From Paraspadella gotoi (lineage: Eukaryota; Animalia; Chaetognatha): a DNA stretch of 64,000 nucleotides. Below the pieces are notes generated by a model, which saw nothing but the letters and a program-made list of their open reading frames with translations, made no database searches and was not told where the DNA came from. Location: assembly GCA_051294375.1 (NCBI GenBank), contig CM119265.1, positions 9,620,339 through 9,684,338 of the forward strand, in the 5' to 3' direction. Shown here piece after piece: positions 1 through 22,200 of this stretch. Numbering within the stretch: the first letter of the stretch is position 1; each line of letters opens with the position of its first letter. The translations under genes were made by a program, and so were the position numbers.

Positions 1-292
1 CGACAGACGCTTCATGCTCAACCTGCGCAATTCTCCTCTCTCTCACACGCCGCCTAAGAATTTGCCAAATATTCCCGGCGTCGTCAAAGGCACGGAAACC
101 GTGGAAGCTAAGCCTGACCAGACCAAGGGTGAGGATAGAGGGAAACTGATTCCCAAAATTCTCGTTGAATTAAAATTCAATGCTGTGACAATCAATTTCA
201 TTTCATTTGCGACAGTTGTGCATGGAAAGTCGCTGGGAAAAGTGGAGGAAGCACAAAACGAAACCGACGACCAATTCCAAATGGACATGTGA
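1..292 (+). CDS. EIF4EBP: eIF4E-binding protein (4E-BP/Thor), 3' part; exons <1-128 and 216-292
   Basis: Frame 2 reads DRRFMLNLRNSPLSHTPPKNLPNIPGV (end of the YxxxxL-phi eIF4E-binding motif plus SP/TP sites) and ends DDQFQMDM* (TOS motif, FEMDI-like). A GT-AG 87-nt in-frame intron at 129-215 removes the non-conserved stretch. Confidence 0.9.
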   Translation, partial: DRRFMLNLRNSPLSHTPPKNLPNIPGVVKGTETVEAKPDQTKGEDRGKLIPKILVELKFNAVTINFISFATVVHGKSLGKVEEAQNETDDQFQMDM

Positions 293-1430
293 TTCGTGGA
301 TGAAAAGAGAGGGAAGGGCGAGGTTCGCAGCTTCCCTCTGAAATCTGCATCCCTTAACTGCATGCAAGATTTTGAACTCAAGAATTCCATTCTTGCGGAT
401 TTGGACGTATTTTCCTTTTTTTCGTTGTTGGTTATTCTGGTGCTGGCTTTGATGAAAAAATCAAAATCAAAATCTTCTTCCCAATATTTGTCGAGAAATT
501 TCGATTTCTCAGGTATCTGATATCTGTTTTTATACTGGCAGTATTTAACAGTAACTTTTAATAACGTAACGACAACTTTCTGAGACAGATTTCCCCCTCT
601 ATAATCATCGCCAAAAGGCGTCTAGTGCTTCCTGTTTTTATTTTCTTTTACTATATCATAGTCGTAGTTTTTCGATCGCAAATTTTACTTCTTGCGCACA
701 AAGTATTTCATGATACCTGTGACCATCATACTAAAACGTGTACTCAATTTTATTGTTAAAACTGAAGACTTGCTTTTCCAATCAAACCGCTTCGTTTTCA
801 ACGCAGTTTTAATTTTTCAAAATTGATTACATAGTTCGAAACGTAACTGGAGAGCGTTCCATAGGAGCTAGTTAGATAGTGACGGTCTGGCAAACGATCT
901 CGGATTTCCGTAGGGTATAGACGGAGGTCTTCGAGTTCTCTACTATCTAAACCAAATAAAACACGAACGCGGTACGTAGCAAAGTGGGAGAGAGTAATAA
1001 TTTTCAAAAACGTTTTAAACAACGGATTCGAACAAATTCCCTCCGTCGCGATTGTGAAGACGAATCTTAAAAGGAAGGTTCATTCACCTTAACAATGCGT
1101 AATTTTTGATGTATTAGAGCTGATACATCAAGAAATACATCGCAGTTATCAGTAATTGGCTTTTTCGTTTGACCCGCAACTCTTCAGAAAGGTTTCTTTT
1201 ATTTTCTATTATAATTTAAATCGAAATAAAATGGTGAAGAATGCATCAAATTTTAAAAGCGAGTACATTTTCGGAAACGCCAGGAGCTCCATTTTAGCCT
1301 TTTTCAAGTTGATCTGAATGACCCTTTGTCTTAAAGTATCACAACAACCAAGTTGACTCGGAGTCCATTTGCTCGAGGCGGTCAACGTTTTTTGTCAAGG
1401 ATTCCATCTTCGACAACCTACTTCCCGGCA

Positions 1431-10415
<8,985 letters not shown>

Positions 10416-11047
10416 TTAGTTCGGAAGAGATGGGGAAACAAAGGTCACGAGATCAAATCCGGAAGATGGACCAAAATTTCGAATTTGTTGGGGCTATCAC
10501 TATAAGCCTCCGATGTGGTTATTAAATGTTCTGTATAACATATCGAAATTAATTTATTAATTTAATCTGTAATATAAAAGGAAAACAAAGGGGAAAATTT
10601 AAAAACGCGGAGGATTCTAAAGAAAACGCTCTTGTTCGAGATCGATCCCTCGTCACCGTGTCTCTTTTCTCGTGCCTCTCTGTTTGAGCAAAGGGAAAAA
10701 AAAAGAAAGAAAGAAAACACGCGGAGTTTCTGAATCCCGTTCTCGGGTCGCTGTCGTCGGTTTTATCGTCGTCGTAGTCGTCGCCGCTGGTCTTTGTGCC
10801 TATTTATGGTCCTTTTGGATCGGCGGCTGAAACCATTCTCTAACCCGCAACCATTCCTCCTCGATCCCCCATTCGCTATTCAACTTAGATTCGGTCCAAA
10901 ACATCCGAGCCAAAAACTCATCCGACGCTCCCTTACTATTTAAACTTTAGAAAACATTGTTATAATTTATAGAAAAAACTGAAGAACTTTTCTATTGAAC
11001 GAAAGTTTTTTTTAATTCAACAAATTATTAGCAACTCAAAAATAAAA
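10416..11047. promoter_or_regulatory. Putative bidirectional promoter between AFG3L2 and the DPF gene
   Basis: Divergent start codons are only ~630 bp apart, with a CpG/GTC-rich segment at 10640-10870. Confidence 0.5.
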
Positions 11048-12908
11048 ATGGTTAAGCTAAAAATGATATATTCGGGTTACGATTCCCACAAAGACCCGCC
11101 ACCAGCGCCTGCCCCGTCCGTCAATAAAACGCAACATCAAAATACGCCTTCCAAACCGTCGACGCCGTCTCGTCAACCGCAGGAGCCTTTAAAATCGACC
11201 CAAAAATGGAACGTAAGATCGGAATCGGCGGGAGGAGTCGTCAACAATTCTGCTGCTCATTCTGTGAGCAAAACGCCCCGGCCGGCCAGAGTGAGAGCCC
11301 TGGAAAACGTAGAAAACAGTCCCGTGCGAAAAAAATTGATTGCCAAGCAAAAAGCCAAAAAACTCGCTAATGCAGAACCCATTGGACGTAACTGGGAGAT
11401 TGGTAGCGTCAGCTACGGCGACGCGATGAAGGACGCCACCACCTGGAATCGTCGGATGCTACGATCGAGAAGGTCTCGTCAACCCTACTTGGACCAACAC
11501 ACCGGTATCGCCCAAACTAATTCTCATCTTTTTCGATCGCGTCAAACGAGGATCACGAAGGGCCCAACAGCCGATAACTACGTCGTTAAATACGAAGGTT
11601 CAAGTTAAAAAGAAACCTAAATATAACCAGATAAAACTTACATATAACCGCAGTATAATATCACAAACGATCCCTCTTTTTCTATTCTATTAGGTCGTAG
11701 ATGGCATCAGACGAGAATGGGTTTCAGTTTCTTCTCCTCGGTCCCGACTCCGAGAACTGTTCCGAGACCGATGGTAAGATTTTCTGCCGACTTCATCGCC
11801 TCTCCAGGTCCATCAGAGATCTTATCAACCCGGGAAAGTTCCAACGATGGGTTCATGTACCAAGCGTCCTCGGCTCAGCTGCCGAGCGCCTTTCAAGGAA
11901 CTCCAGGTAAGTTGAAAGCAACTTAATATGTTTATTAACAAATGGGACTGAATAAGCAACAAGGGCAACCATGCATCCGTCTACTACGTAATTTCCCTTA
12001 GAAACCGTTTGAACATTTAGGAACGCGACACTCTGCTCGCATTTCCACAGCGACAGTATCAGCGTACCAAGAGAACAGCAATGACGGATACGGATTCAAT
12101 TATAACTCTCCCGAGGATTGGGACAGCGAAGAAGAATCAAAGGCAGACAGGTTCAAACTGTGAACAAGGATTATAAATGTCAAATTTAATCTTTTCATAA
12201 ATTTTAAACAGAAAGCGCCGCCTTCGCAACGCCCGGCGCCGAGAACAGCGCGCCGCAAAGAAGAGAGAAAAGCAAATTGAGAAAATGGAAGATGAACAAG
12301 GCCTTTGTCGGTTTAAGGACTTTGCAGATCTCAAGCTCTCCAACAACAATTCGACACCTACAAAACCACCGCTCCAACACGTCTACAGACCCGAAAACGG
12401 AAGGTCACAACCTGTCAAATTTGACTCCTTTAATTCCAAGACCCAAGAGATGCTCGACTCACCAGCGACCAGCATTTCCCAGCCTCTTCCGCCGCCGGTC
12501 GCCTATTCCGCTACCAATCCTTCCATCTACTGCGACTTTTGCCTGGGCGACGAAAAGCTTAACAAGAAAACCTCCAGACCTGAGTCCATGGTCTCCTGCG
12601 CCGAGTGCGGCCGATCCGGACACCCCTCATGCCTGCAATTCACCGAAAATATGACAGTGTCGGCCAGACGCTACCCCTGGCAGTGCATTGAATGCAAATC
12701 ATGCGCCCTTTGCGGCACCGCCGAGAACGACGACCAGCTGCTCTTCTGCGATGACTGCGATCGCGGCTTTCACATGTTCTGTCTCAATCCGCCGCTGGAC
12801 GACGCTCCGGAGGGAAACTGGTCCTGTCATCTCTGCGTCGTGGAATTCCATCGCGGATTCAGAAATGGAAGAAAGATTCCGCCGGGACAGCACTCTGGAA
12901 TGGACTGA
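11048..12908 (+). CDS. DPF: DPF/d4/requiem family (BAF45) double-PHD finger protein; exons 11048-11597, 11694-11906, 12021-12150, 12212-12908
   Basis: Requiem N-domain ([34 protein letters not shown]...RRW) and tandem [11 protein letters not shown]...[17 protein letters not shown]...WQCIECKSC...[19 protein letters not shown]...WSCHLC. Splice phases are consistent. Confidence 0.93.
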
Positions 12909-13216
12909 GCATCAACCTTTTTCAAGAAATAATAAAAAAAATACTACTACTGTATGCCTAATTCAGACGCATTATAACAAAGCTAATTTGCTTTTGCTGC
13001 TGCATTTATTATAATTTTGAACCCATATTCTCAAGAGTAAATTTTTGCAAGTAATACGTTGGCAAGAAACTTCATTATTAAACAAAAATAACCATGAAAA
13101 GACGATTAAAACAGAACATGGTCCGTACTTAATTTAAAATTTTATTGTAACATTAAACTACGTAACTAATTAATTTAGCATTCGCAAGCTAAAAAAGAAT
13201 GAAATAGCAAGAGTTT

Positions 13217-13483
13217 TCATCTGCGTCCGGGAAAGGCACCGGCTTTCCTAGACTTGCCCAAACTTGCCCTTAGCGTTCCATACACAAGGCATCCATCTGA
13301 GTTTCGATAAAATTAATGATTTATTTGAAAACGCGTTATCCTAATTTAAATATTTATAAAAAAGAGGAGAAAACGAAACTCACGTGCGCCGGTTCCTCGC
13401 CTGCAATGAGCATTGCGCAATACTTTTCTTGAAGCGATGACAACTACTCCCACACACAAAAATTTCTGGCGGTTCACCACTTA
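13217..13483 (-). other. Candidate small spliced transcript (orphan)
   Basis: Two GC-richer blocks separated by an AT-rich 87-nt intron (13383-13297) with a strong donor CAC|GTGAGT and acceptor CTCAG|. Two frames stay open across the junction; minus-strand AATAAA at ~13141. 5' end uncertain. Confidence 0.35.
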
Positions 13484-14305
13484 ACTGCTAATTTATATAT
13501 CGTATATTACCACGTACGCACGTTTTACTATCGAAAATATACATTTTTAAAAAAATTAATAGAGAAAAAATGCAAATTCACTAAGTAGTTAGTTGCTCTT
13601 TTATTCGAGAGGGATTCGAGTGACATCTTAATTCTTAGATTTGTTTTTATCAAGAAAAGCACAACTATCATTGATATCAATTTATTTATGAAAAATTGCA
13701 AGATTACTTGTTTTACTAAATTAGACTTCTATAATTTTATATATATGAAATTGGTACAACCAATATAAAAATTATCCATTCATTCAATAAATAAGCTATC
13801 TTGCTCTATATTTTATATTGAAATTTTAAAAAATGTAAAAAATTAATAAATTTCACTATATATTAGATTTAATTATATTATGCTATAGTACCTCTGTCCA
13901 TAAATTAGCGTGAGTATATGAGAAAAATAACTAGCTACACTTTAATTGAATAAATAAATATCTTGAAGCCTGAATCGTATTGATAAAATATTACGGTTTG
14001 ATTGTATATCATACTAATAGTGATAATTCGCAAGACATTTGTTATGAAGTCAACTAATAAACATGATTAAAAGGAATATTGTAACTTTAGCCGTAATTTT
14101 AATTTCAAAATGTTCGCCGCTCGTACTTTACCAAATATTTTCGTGCGAGGATTTTTACATTTACTTTTATAATTGAGCTGAAAGGTTAGGATTCTAAAAG
14201 ACACGAACATCTTCATGAACATGCATGTCGGTGTTAGTAAACTGTTGATCGCGATAGCTTATTCGCCATTCCTCATTTTCTGGTATTTTCCGAATTAATT
14301 ACACC

Positions 14306-14986
14306 ATGGTATCCCTCATAAAAAATATAAGAGATATTTTTCCGGACACTCATTTAGAAGATTCAGTGGACCGTTTACATCATTGTTACTCCGTCTTATT
14401 GCTATTGGCGATCGACATATTCATTGGAGCCAAACAGTTTGTGGGATCTCCGATAGAATGCTATCGACCGCCAGAGACGAACGGTAAATAACGATACGAA
14501 TTATAAAAGACATAACATTCATTTGGACGTCTCTTTGAAGGGTTGGAGCCATATATTAACGCCTACTGCTGGGCGGCATCAACATACATTATAATGGACA
14601 AAAACTATAATTCTTTTCGAAGATTTAAAGATACGGACGCCTTGTTGTACGAACCAAGCGACCGAATGGCGGCAAAGAGGGTTTTTGTCACTTATCTTTG
14701 AATTTCAGAATCAAACTTCTATTCTTTATTAGTATTTGTTCTTTAATAGAATTATGATTGGAATCCATTCAAAGAATCTCAGTTAAGCGGATATAAAGTT
14801 TACATATCTTACTATCAATGGTTTCCATTCGTTTTAGCGATACAAGTAAGAACATGATTTAGCTGGGCTAGTAATAAGTAGTCGTCCACAAGCATGAGAT
14901 GTTGAAACATTTTTAGGCCTTCCTCTTCAATTTGCCCTTCATGGTCTACAAAGCGTTCGTCCCGTCTTCCACTGTCATCTTAGAAG
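14306..14986 (+). CDS. Innexin N-terminal module A (exons 14306-14483, 14541-14680, 14750-14845, 14917-14986); no private 3' half
   Basis: EDSVDRLHH..KQFVGSPIEC..YINAYCW..YISYYQWFPFVLAIQAFLFNLP innexin motifs; open frame across four GT-AG exons; ends ILE-G|GT (phase 1). Confidence 0.85.
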
Positions 14987-16121
14987 GTACAGTCACAAAA
15001 AACAAAATTAATTCTATTTACAGTATTTTTGTTCCTTTGTTTTTTTGGGTCTGTGATGAAGAGAGGAGATAATTTTTTTTTTCTTTTCGATCTCCCAAAA
15101 TTGATCGTCCTATCTTCTCTTTGACCAAAAGGGTTTCATCTTATCTAAAGAGCTTCTAATTCATGTTTTCTTTCTCTCTTTCTTTCTTTTTTTTTCCCTT
15201 TTTATTTCTAATATCGTTTTTTCTGACGGCCTTTTCTCGCTTTACCAAGTCGGAAGACAAAATTTAACCCTTGTTCCTCAGTAAAATTGTTTGGAAACAG
15301 CAATCTATTTCATTTTACATTGCTTTAAGTGAAACTTATGCAGGAGAGAAACGGGAGTAATTGTTTCTTTTTTCTTTTCTTTTCTTTTCTTTTCTTTTTC
15401 TTTTCTTTTCTTTCTTCTTTTTCTTTCTCTTTCTTTCTTTCTTTTCTTTCTTTTCTTTCTTTTCTTTCGTTCTTTCCTTCCTTCTTTCGTTCTTTTTTTC
15501 TTTTTTTTCTTTCTTTCTTTATTTCTTTCTTCGCTCGACCAATGATAATCGTTTCCCTCAAGAACTTTAATCTCTTTGTTCTTGTTTCATATTTGATTCG
15601 ACTTTTTTAATCGAAAAGCGTTTTTCGGCGCAGGTGGTTACTGGTTAGCTTCCTCCCACATCCAACGCCCGAGAACATCAAAGTAGTCATCCTTGTCTTC
15701 TTTATCATCATCATCTTTAGCATCTTCATGAATAGCATCATCCGCGTCGTCATGATCATCGGGATTTTTTCATTGTAACTCTTAAATCTAAGCGATTAAT
15801 CCGATTATTATTATTATTGTTGTTCATTGTTCAGCTGTTGTACTTGTTTCTTGTGTAAAATCAAGCTTTTTTCGTATATCTTTAAAAATGCTATCAAAAC
15901 CACCTATGGAACGACGTTTACTATTACTTCTCAATTGCACACGACAACCGTTTAGCACTCACATAGTGCGCACCATAGAACCGACGACGACGAAGACGAC
16001 GACGAAGACGAAATAAAAACCCGACCCCGATACAACCCATGGGCCTAGGGAATGTACAAGTGAAGAGCGCGAGCGCGGATCGAGAGAGAGAGAATTACAT
16101 TGAAAACTCCATAGCTTCCTC

Positions 16122-16231
<110 letters not shown>

Positions 16232-17230
16232 ATGTAAACGCCTCCGACGACGACGTTGAGGAAGACGATTGCGAAGACAGGTCGACGTCGACGATTGAAG
16301 ACCGCATTACATTTTCGTCGATGGTAACCACTGGCGACGACCGTGATAACCGACGAAACGACGACGAGAAACAATCGCGTCTCTTCGTTTCGTTTTAAAG
16401 ATTTCGATTTTTTTTTTTCTTGAAAAGAAAATGAATTGATTTTCTTGACTTCTATTACTTATTCTTAAGAAAGCGTGATTTCAAATCAATATATAATTAT
16501 AAATATATAAACCGACAATTTGAGAAGCAGTATTAGAATTTTTTTTGGGGGGTGGGCCGAGGGGGCGAGTAGCAGATTTCCCTAATTCCTGATTGCACTT
16601 GTTTTTGAGAAATAAATTAGAGATAAAATAAAAATCGGGAAAACAAAAGAGTTGGGATGGATAAATTGTCGGCCGCATCATCTCTCTTGACGTCAAGCCG
16701 GCGCTACTGCATCGAAATAATGTAATCGGTGGACAAAGTCATCGCGTTTAAATTAAAAATATTAAAAATTAAAGTGAATTGAATAAATGGCGTCCTTGTT
16801 TTATCGGAATTTTTTTCACCACAGTCGAAAGGTAGGGCTTGCCATTTCATATTTTAACTTATTTTTTTTTACGTATTCATCGCCGAGACAGACTGAGACA
16901 GAGACGGGGAAGAAGATGGAGAACGACATCCCGCGTCTCAAACCTTTCGCCACGTGGGGATAAACTGCGCCCAAGTCGTGCGTCGACGAGCGCCACTCGA
17001 GCCGTCGACTTCGCCGAAGTCGGCATAATTCTTCCTCGGATCGCGCCGTCCTTGGCGCTCTTCCGGAATCTCGGAAGTGGGCGTTACAACGCGTCGCCCG
17101 CCGATCTCTGAACCTTCGTCTCCGAACGGGGGAGGGTCGAAGCGCCCTCCCATCCTTCTGCAGTTTCCTTCCCTCATAACGTTCGACCGAGGTCCATTCG
17201 GACCCCGGGACCCTTTCCCGATCCGCCACC

Positions 17231-19149
17231 ATGTCGTTCCTTATGAGTTTTCGCGACAAGATTATGGACGATGACTTTCTCGACGACGGAGTCGACAACA
17301 TGCATCGCCAGTACATGCCCGTCTTCCTCCTCATCATCGACGTCTTCCTCGGGATCAAACAGTTCGTCGGAGATCCCATCGAATGCTTCGTGCCCAAGGA
17401 ATTGTCGGGTAAGACGATAGAAAGGGGAATTTAATAACTATGTGAAAACGTAATGTTCGCGAGATAAACTGTCTCTTTCACAATCGACGAATCACAGGCC
17501 AACAGGAGAAGTACGTGAACGCTTACTGTTGGACGTCTTCAACCTACCAACTCATCGATCGAGAATATTCCGCATTTCGAGGATTTTCAGACACGGACGT
17601 TCTCATAGTCCGGCCGGAGGACAGAGCTAGGTGAGTGTCAATATGCCCCAGAACGTAAGGGTCTTTTGGCATTGGAATTTGGATAAGTGATAGTTTATCA
17701 TTTTTTTTTTCGTATAGAAATAGAAATGTAGCACTTGATATTTTGAATCAATGTATTTTCAGTAATGAGATTTTATTACAATTTAACCTTTTTCGAACGT
17801 GTTTACCGAATCGTTTGAATCGGATTTTAATCGATTTCGATCGATTAATATCACGGATTTTCATCAATCGGCGGCCAAGACGCGACGAGTGGTTTATGAC
17901 GATCTGTCGATCGCCGGCGAAACGAACGCTGTCGGAGATGTCGAGGGAATTGATGGCCTCTTAGTTTGGGAGATCGAGGATAGCCGGGATTTTTTTAAAG
18001 ATGGCGATTCGAGGAAATGTGACGCGGTTGCATTTATAATTTTTAATGTTTGTAGACAATTTATAGACGATTTACCTATTGATATTCATTCTTACTGTCA
18101 TTTATTCCGAGACCTCTCGCTCTCTTTATGACATTAAGGAAACTCTGTTGTACCGTAAGGACACATAAGACGCCTCAAGCTAAAACTTGTAGTATCACGC
18201 TGATAGATTTACTATCCTTGATTTTAATTTGACGATATAATTAAATTTTAAATTGATAACATTTTCTTCTCGGATTATCTCACAGTGGGTGATTGAAACT
18301 CTGTAACACTGTTTTTTTCTGTCTCTGCAGAAACGCGATGGCCAATCAAGACAATTTCGCCAACACTCATTTGTCCGGAGAGAAGCTCTATATCTCCTAT
18401 TATCAGTGGGTCCCGATCACTGTAGCGCTCTCCGCAGTCCTTTTCTATCTGCCCCACGTCTTTTGGGTATCGTTGTCTCAAAATTCCGGCGTTTACTTCA
18501 AGCACATTCTCTACGGTGAGTTGAAATTAGGGCTCGGTACACGGACAACTATATCGTCGGACAGTATATATAAATTGCGGTAATGATACAGTAATGGTAG
18601 ACATTAAACAATCTTGAATGGATATTAATTATTTGTTGTTGTTTTTTTTTTTAGATTTAAATTAATAGATACTTCGTTTTATAGGATCGGAGTAATTTAT
18701 TGTCGCCCGTTTTGTTCGTTACATCGTTTCTGTGAATACTAAAAATTAAAACCAAACTTCTCGTAATATCTTGAGCGTAAGAAAATTTTTTTTTTTCGAA
18801 ACAAATATATAGAAAATATCACAATTATTAAAGTTACTCATAGCCTCTTAACTCCTCTTTTTATTCGCGTTGCTAACGGGCAGTCGAAGGATAGCCTCCC
18901 CAGACAAATCTCAATCCGGCCGAGGATTAACCAGACCCTCACTCAAAAAAGGCCTCGAATCCCCAGCGAATGGCCGTCGGGGATTTGGGAGAGGGCGGAG
19001 GGAGAAAACAGGGGGTCCTGGGGGATCGATGCTCTTTTGTGAACATGTGAACTTTTGACCCTACGAACTCAAGGTCATCTCATCTTTCCGCCGCCTTAAT
19101 GATGTTCATGTTGCGTTGTTGCGGTGGATCGTTTTTGAGTTAACTTAGC

Positions 19150-19188
<39 letters not shown>

Positions 19189-19191
19189 TCT

Positions 19192-19243
<52 letters not shown>

Positions 19244-22200
19244 CTCTCATATATCTTAAAGTTGTGTCTCTCTTTCTCTTTCTAACGCTTCCGTGGGAAT
19301 TTCTAGATCAAAACAACTCGTTCTTTTGTTTATTACGGGGCGAAGGGGAGGAATTTAAGCAGTGCAAACAACAGAGGTTGTCGAGCGTCGATGAGAGAGA
19401 CAGAGGTCGCTGAGATCGACGCGGCCATTTTGAGAGGAAGGACGAACAAATGAATCAACAATGAATGACGAAGAAATACAATGAATAATTTAGTGCGGAG
19501 AAGGATAAAGAGGTTGGGCTTCGAAAAAAATTGTTTATTTTCTGTCAATTTACAATGCTAAAATATGTAAAAAGTACAATGTAATGCACATGGATATATA
19601 TGACATAACTTGACATATATTATATATATATGAATAAATTAAATCGCTCTACGAACGGAAGAACAAACTATTTTTTTCCCTCCAAGTCTCTCCGTAAATC
19701 GAACTCCCGCGAGAAGTTTCGGAAGATGAGCCACGCGTGATGCGCGGGAAGCTCGTTGGGAAAAAAAAAAGCGCATGATGGATGCGAAGCATAAAAATTT
19801 AAAAAAAAGTATTTGAAACCGCAAACAAGTGGTTGAACTCTTTGAACGATGCAGATTGGATTGCAAGGTGGTTGGAGGGTGTTGAGAATTGGGATTGAGG
19901 AGGTGCATGATCAAAGTGCGTGGATGGATGGAGATTTTAAGACAGAGCGTTTGAGGATCTAAAAGAAGCTTTGTGTGCGCGGGAATCTAAAAAAGTTTTT
20001 TTTTTTTTTTAAACTGAATCCCAGATGAGAGATTTAAAAAGGATTTTTGAGAAAAAGAAAAAAAAAAACTGTGGAAATAGTTTTGAGAAAACCCGATAAA
20101 TGTGTTGTTGGCAAGTACGTAGTCTTCGGGGGAAAATAAAATACATGTTAAATTAGCAAAAAAAATAAAAAAAAATAAATAAATTTAAAAAGATAAAGAT
20201 GAAAAGTGCGTATGAAATGATAGAAAGGGATCAGGACGGAGTATCAGCGTGAATTGCATCTTTAATTGAGTCTTGACGCAAACCGAAGTTTCGAGAAAAA
20301 AAAAGTTTAAAGGAAAGGTAGTGGCGATAATGATGAATGTGGAGGTGAGGCAACCAATAAATCTTCATTTTTGAAAGAAGTAACAGAAAGTAAATGGCAA
20401 GTTGAGGAAGTACCCTTTTTTTTCGACTGAGAAAGAAACTCAAGTGTTGATTTTATCAGAAATTTTAAAATTATTGATTGTATCAGAAGCGAAGAAAAGC
20501 GAAAGACGAAAATAAATTAAAAAAAAAAAGGGAGAGAGAAAAAGATAAATGGAGATCTTGCCAAAATTCAAATGAAGTCGGAATCGTAAGGGCTCCCGAT
20601 TACTGTTTTTACTAGATTTTTCTTTTAGCCAATTTTCAAGGGAAAAAATTATAAAATGTAAAAAAATAGGAGCGAAGGTACTTCGAGGGTGGGTAGCCTT
20701 TTGCTTTTTGGTAAAGTCATGAAACACGAAGCTTTTAGTTCACTCATGACAACAATGATTTATAATGAATTTTTTATTCTTCTTTTTTTTTTAGATTTGC
20801 GAAAAAAATTTAAAACGAGTTTTTTGTCCTGAAAAAAAAACAAAACCCAAAATAACTCCGTCGAATTTTGAGAAAAAAAAAGAAGAAAAAAAAAATAACC
20901 AGCATAAAATTTTAGTGAAAACAAGGCGTTTTAACATCCTCAATTAACCCGCCATACAAAACTATTGTTCTCATCCGATCGGATTAATATAAAAGATTTT
21001 CTAAATCAAATCGGTTATTTTTGTATGTCTAACTATGCAAGAGCCTTTCTGTTTGGCGAATGAAAACATTTATTCGTTTCAACCTAATCATCCGATCTTT
21101 AAGCAAAGCTTTGATGATTTTCCATGAGGGGCGAAAGTGGGAAGTGAAGAGCTAACAACAAACATTCTTCAGAGATGCACTTGAAACTTAATATCTTTAT
21201 ATTAGCCATTATTATCGAGTTGGACATTAGACGTTGGACAAAAGACAGGCGGCTTGGAAAAATCAGTTTTAATTTGTTGAAAGTCGGAGTTCCGATCCAA
21301 CTCAATAATTCTAAAGCCGTCTAGATGTTTATGTTAGATTAATGTTTCATTTTTACAATTTCATCACTTTTTACTGAAAACATATTTCGAAGCGAGACTT
21401 GAAGCGCGTGGACTTGAATAATTTTTGACATGTGAACGAAATATTTTTTTTATCATTTCTCTGGTTTCTTCTTTGTTCATTATTAAGAATGTAAAAATAA
21501 TTAATAATTATTGATTATTAAGAATGTAAAAATACAAACAAAAAAAATTCTGATTCATCCACACCACATTTATTCCATAGTTTAGCGTGAAACATTTAAT
21601 AAATTTTTAAATCACGAGAAGCCGTTGGTTTTGGCCCCTATTCAGATGTACAATGTACGATGTACGATGTACAATGTGCGATGTACGGTGCACAATGTAC
21701 ATTTAATAAAACATGGCAACTGATGTTTTTTCATTTCTATCATTATGGAAAACCAAGTTTTTCTCAAGTACGATCGGTGTTTCGAGCGGATATGAATCAG
21801 TGAAAAAAAGAAGCGAGAGAGAGATAGAAAGAGCGCTCGGTAACATTTCTCATTAATAACTGTCTACACGCGAAAATTGTCAATGTAGAAGATTTTGTTT
21901 ATGGGCCATTGGTCGCGGGGTCGACCTATGAGGAGGCTCGATCTTAGCCATTAAATTCGTTTTCCCCAGCTTAATATTTTTGTTTCTTTCTCACTGTATC
22001 TTTTTCCTCTGATCTTCATTTTGTTTGATTATTTGTTTGGTTTTTTTTCTCTCTTTCTTTTCTTTTTTTTTCTTTCTATTCTTCTTTCTTATCTTCTTTA
22101 TTTATTTATTGGGTTTATTATTTTTTTCTTTATTTTTTTCTCTCTATTCATTTTTTCTCTTTTTTCACATTTTTTTTTTATTTTTTCCTACCTTTTCCCC

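Noticed and set aside
129-215. In-frame stop-free segment inside the 4E-BP ORF (similarly ~1630-1720 in AFG3L2)
   Set aside because: Has GT-AG ends and encodes non-conserved residues; best read as an ordinary intron, with no evidence of retention.
15325-15610. Phe/Ser- or Lys/Glu-rich ORFs (also 22021, 23200, 47451, 59781-60719)
   Set aside because: Translations of polypyrimidine/purine low-complexity tracts.
16816-17230. GC-rich overlapping ORFs upstream of innexin module B
   Set aside because: No recognisable domain; most simply the 5'UTR/promoter of module B.
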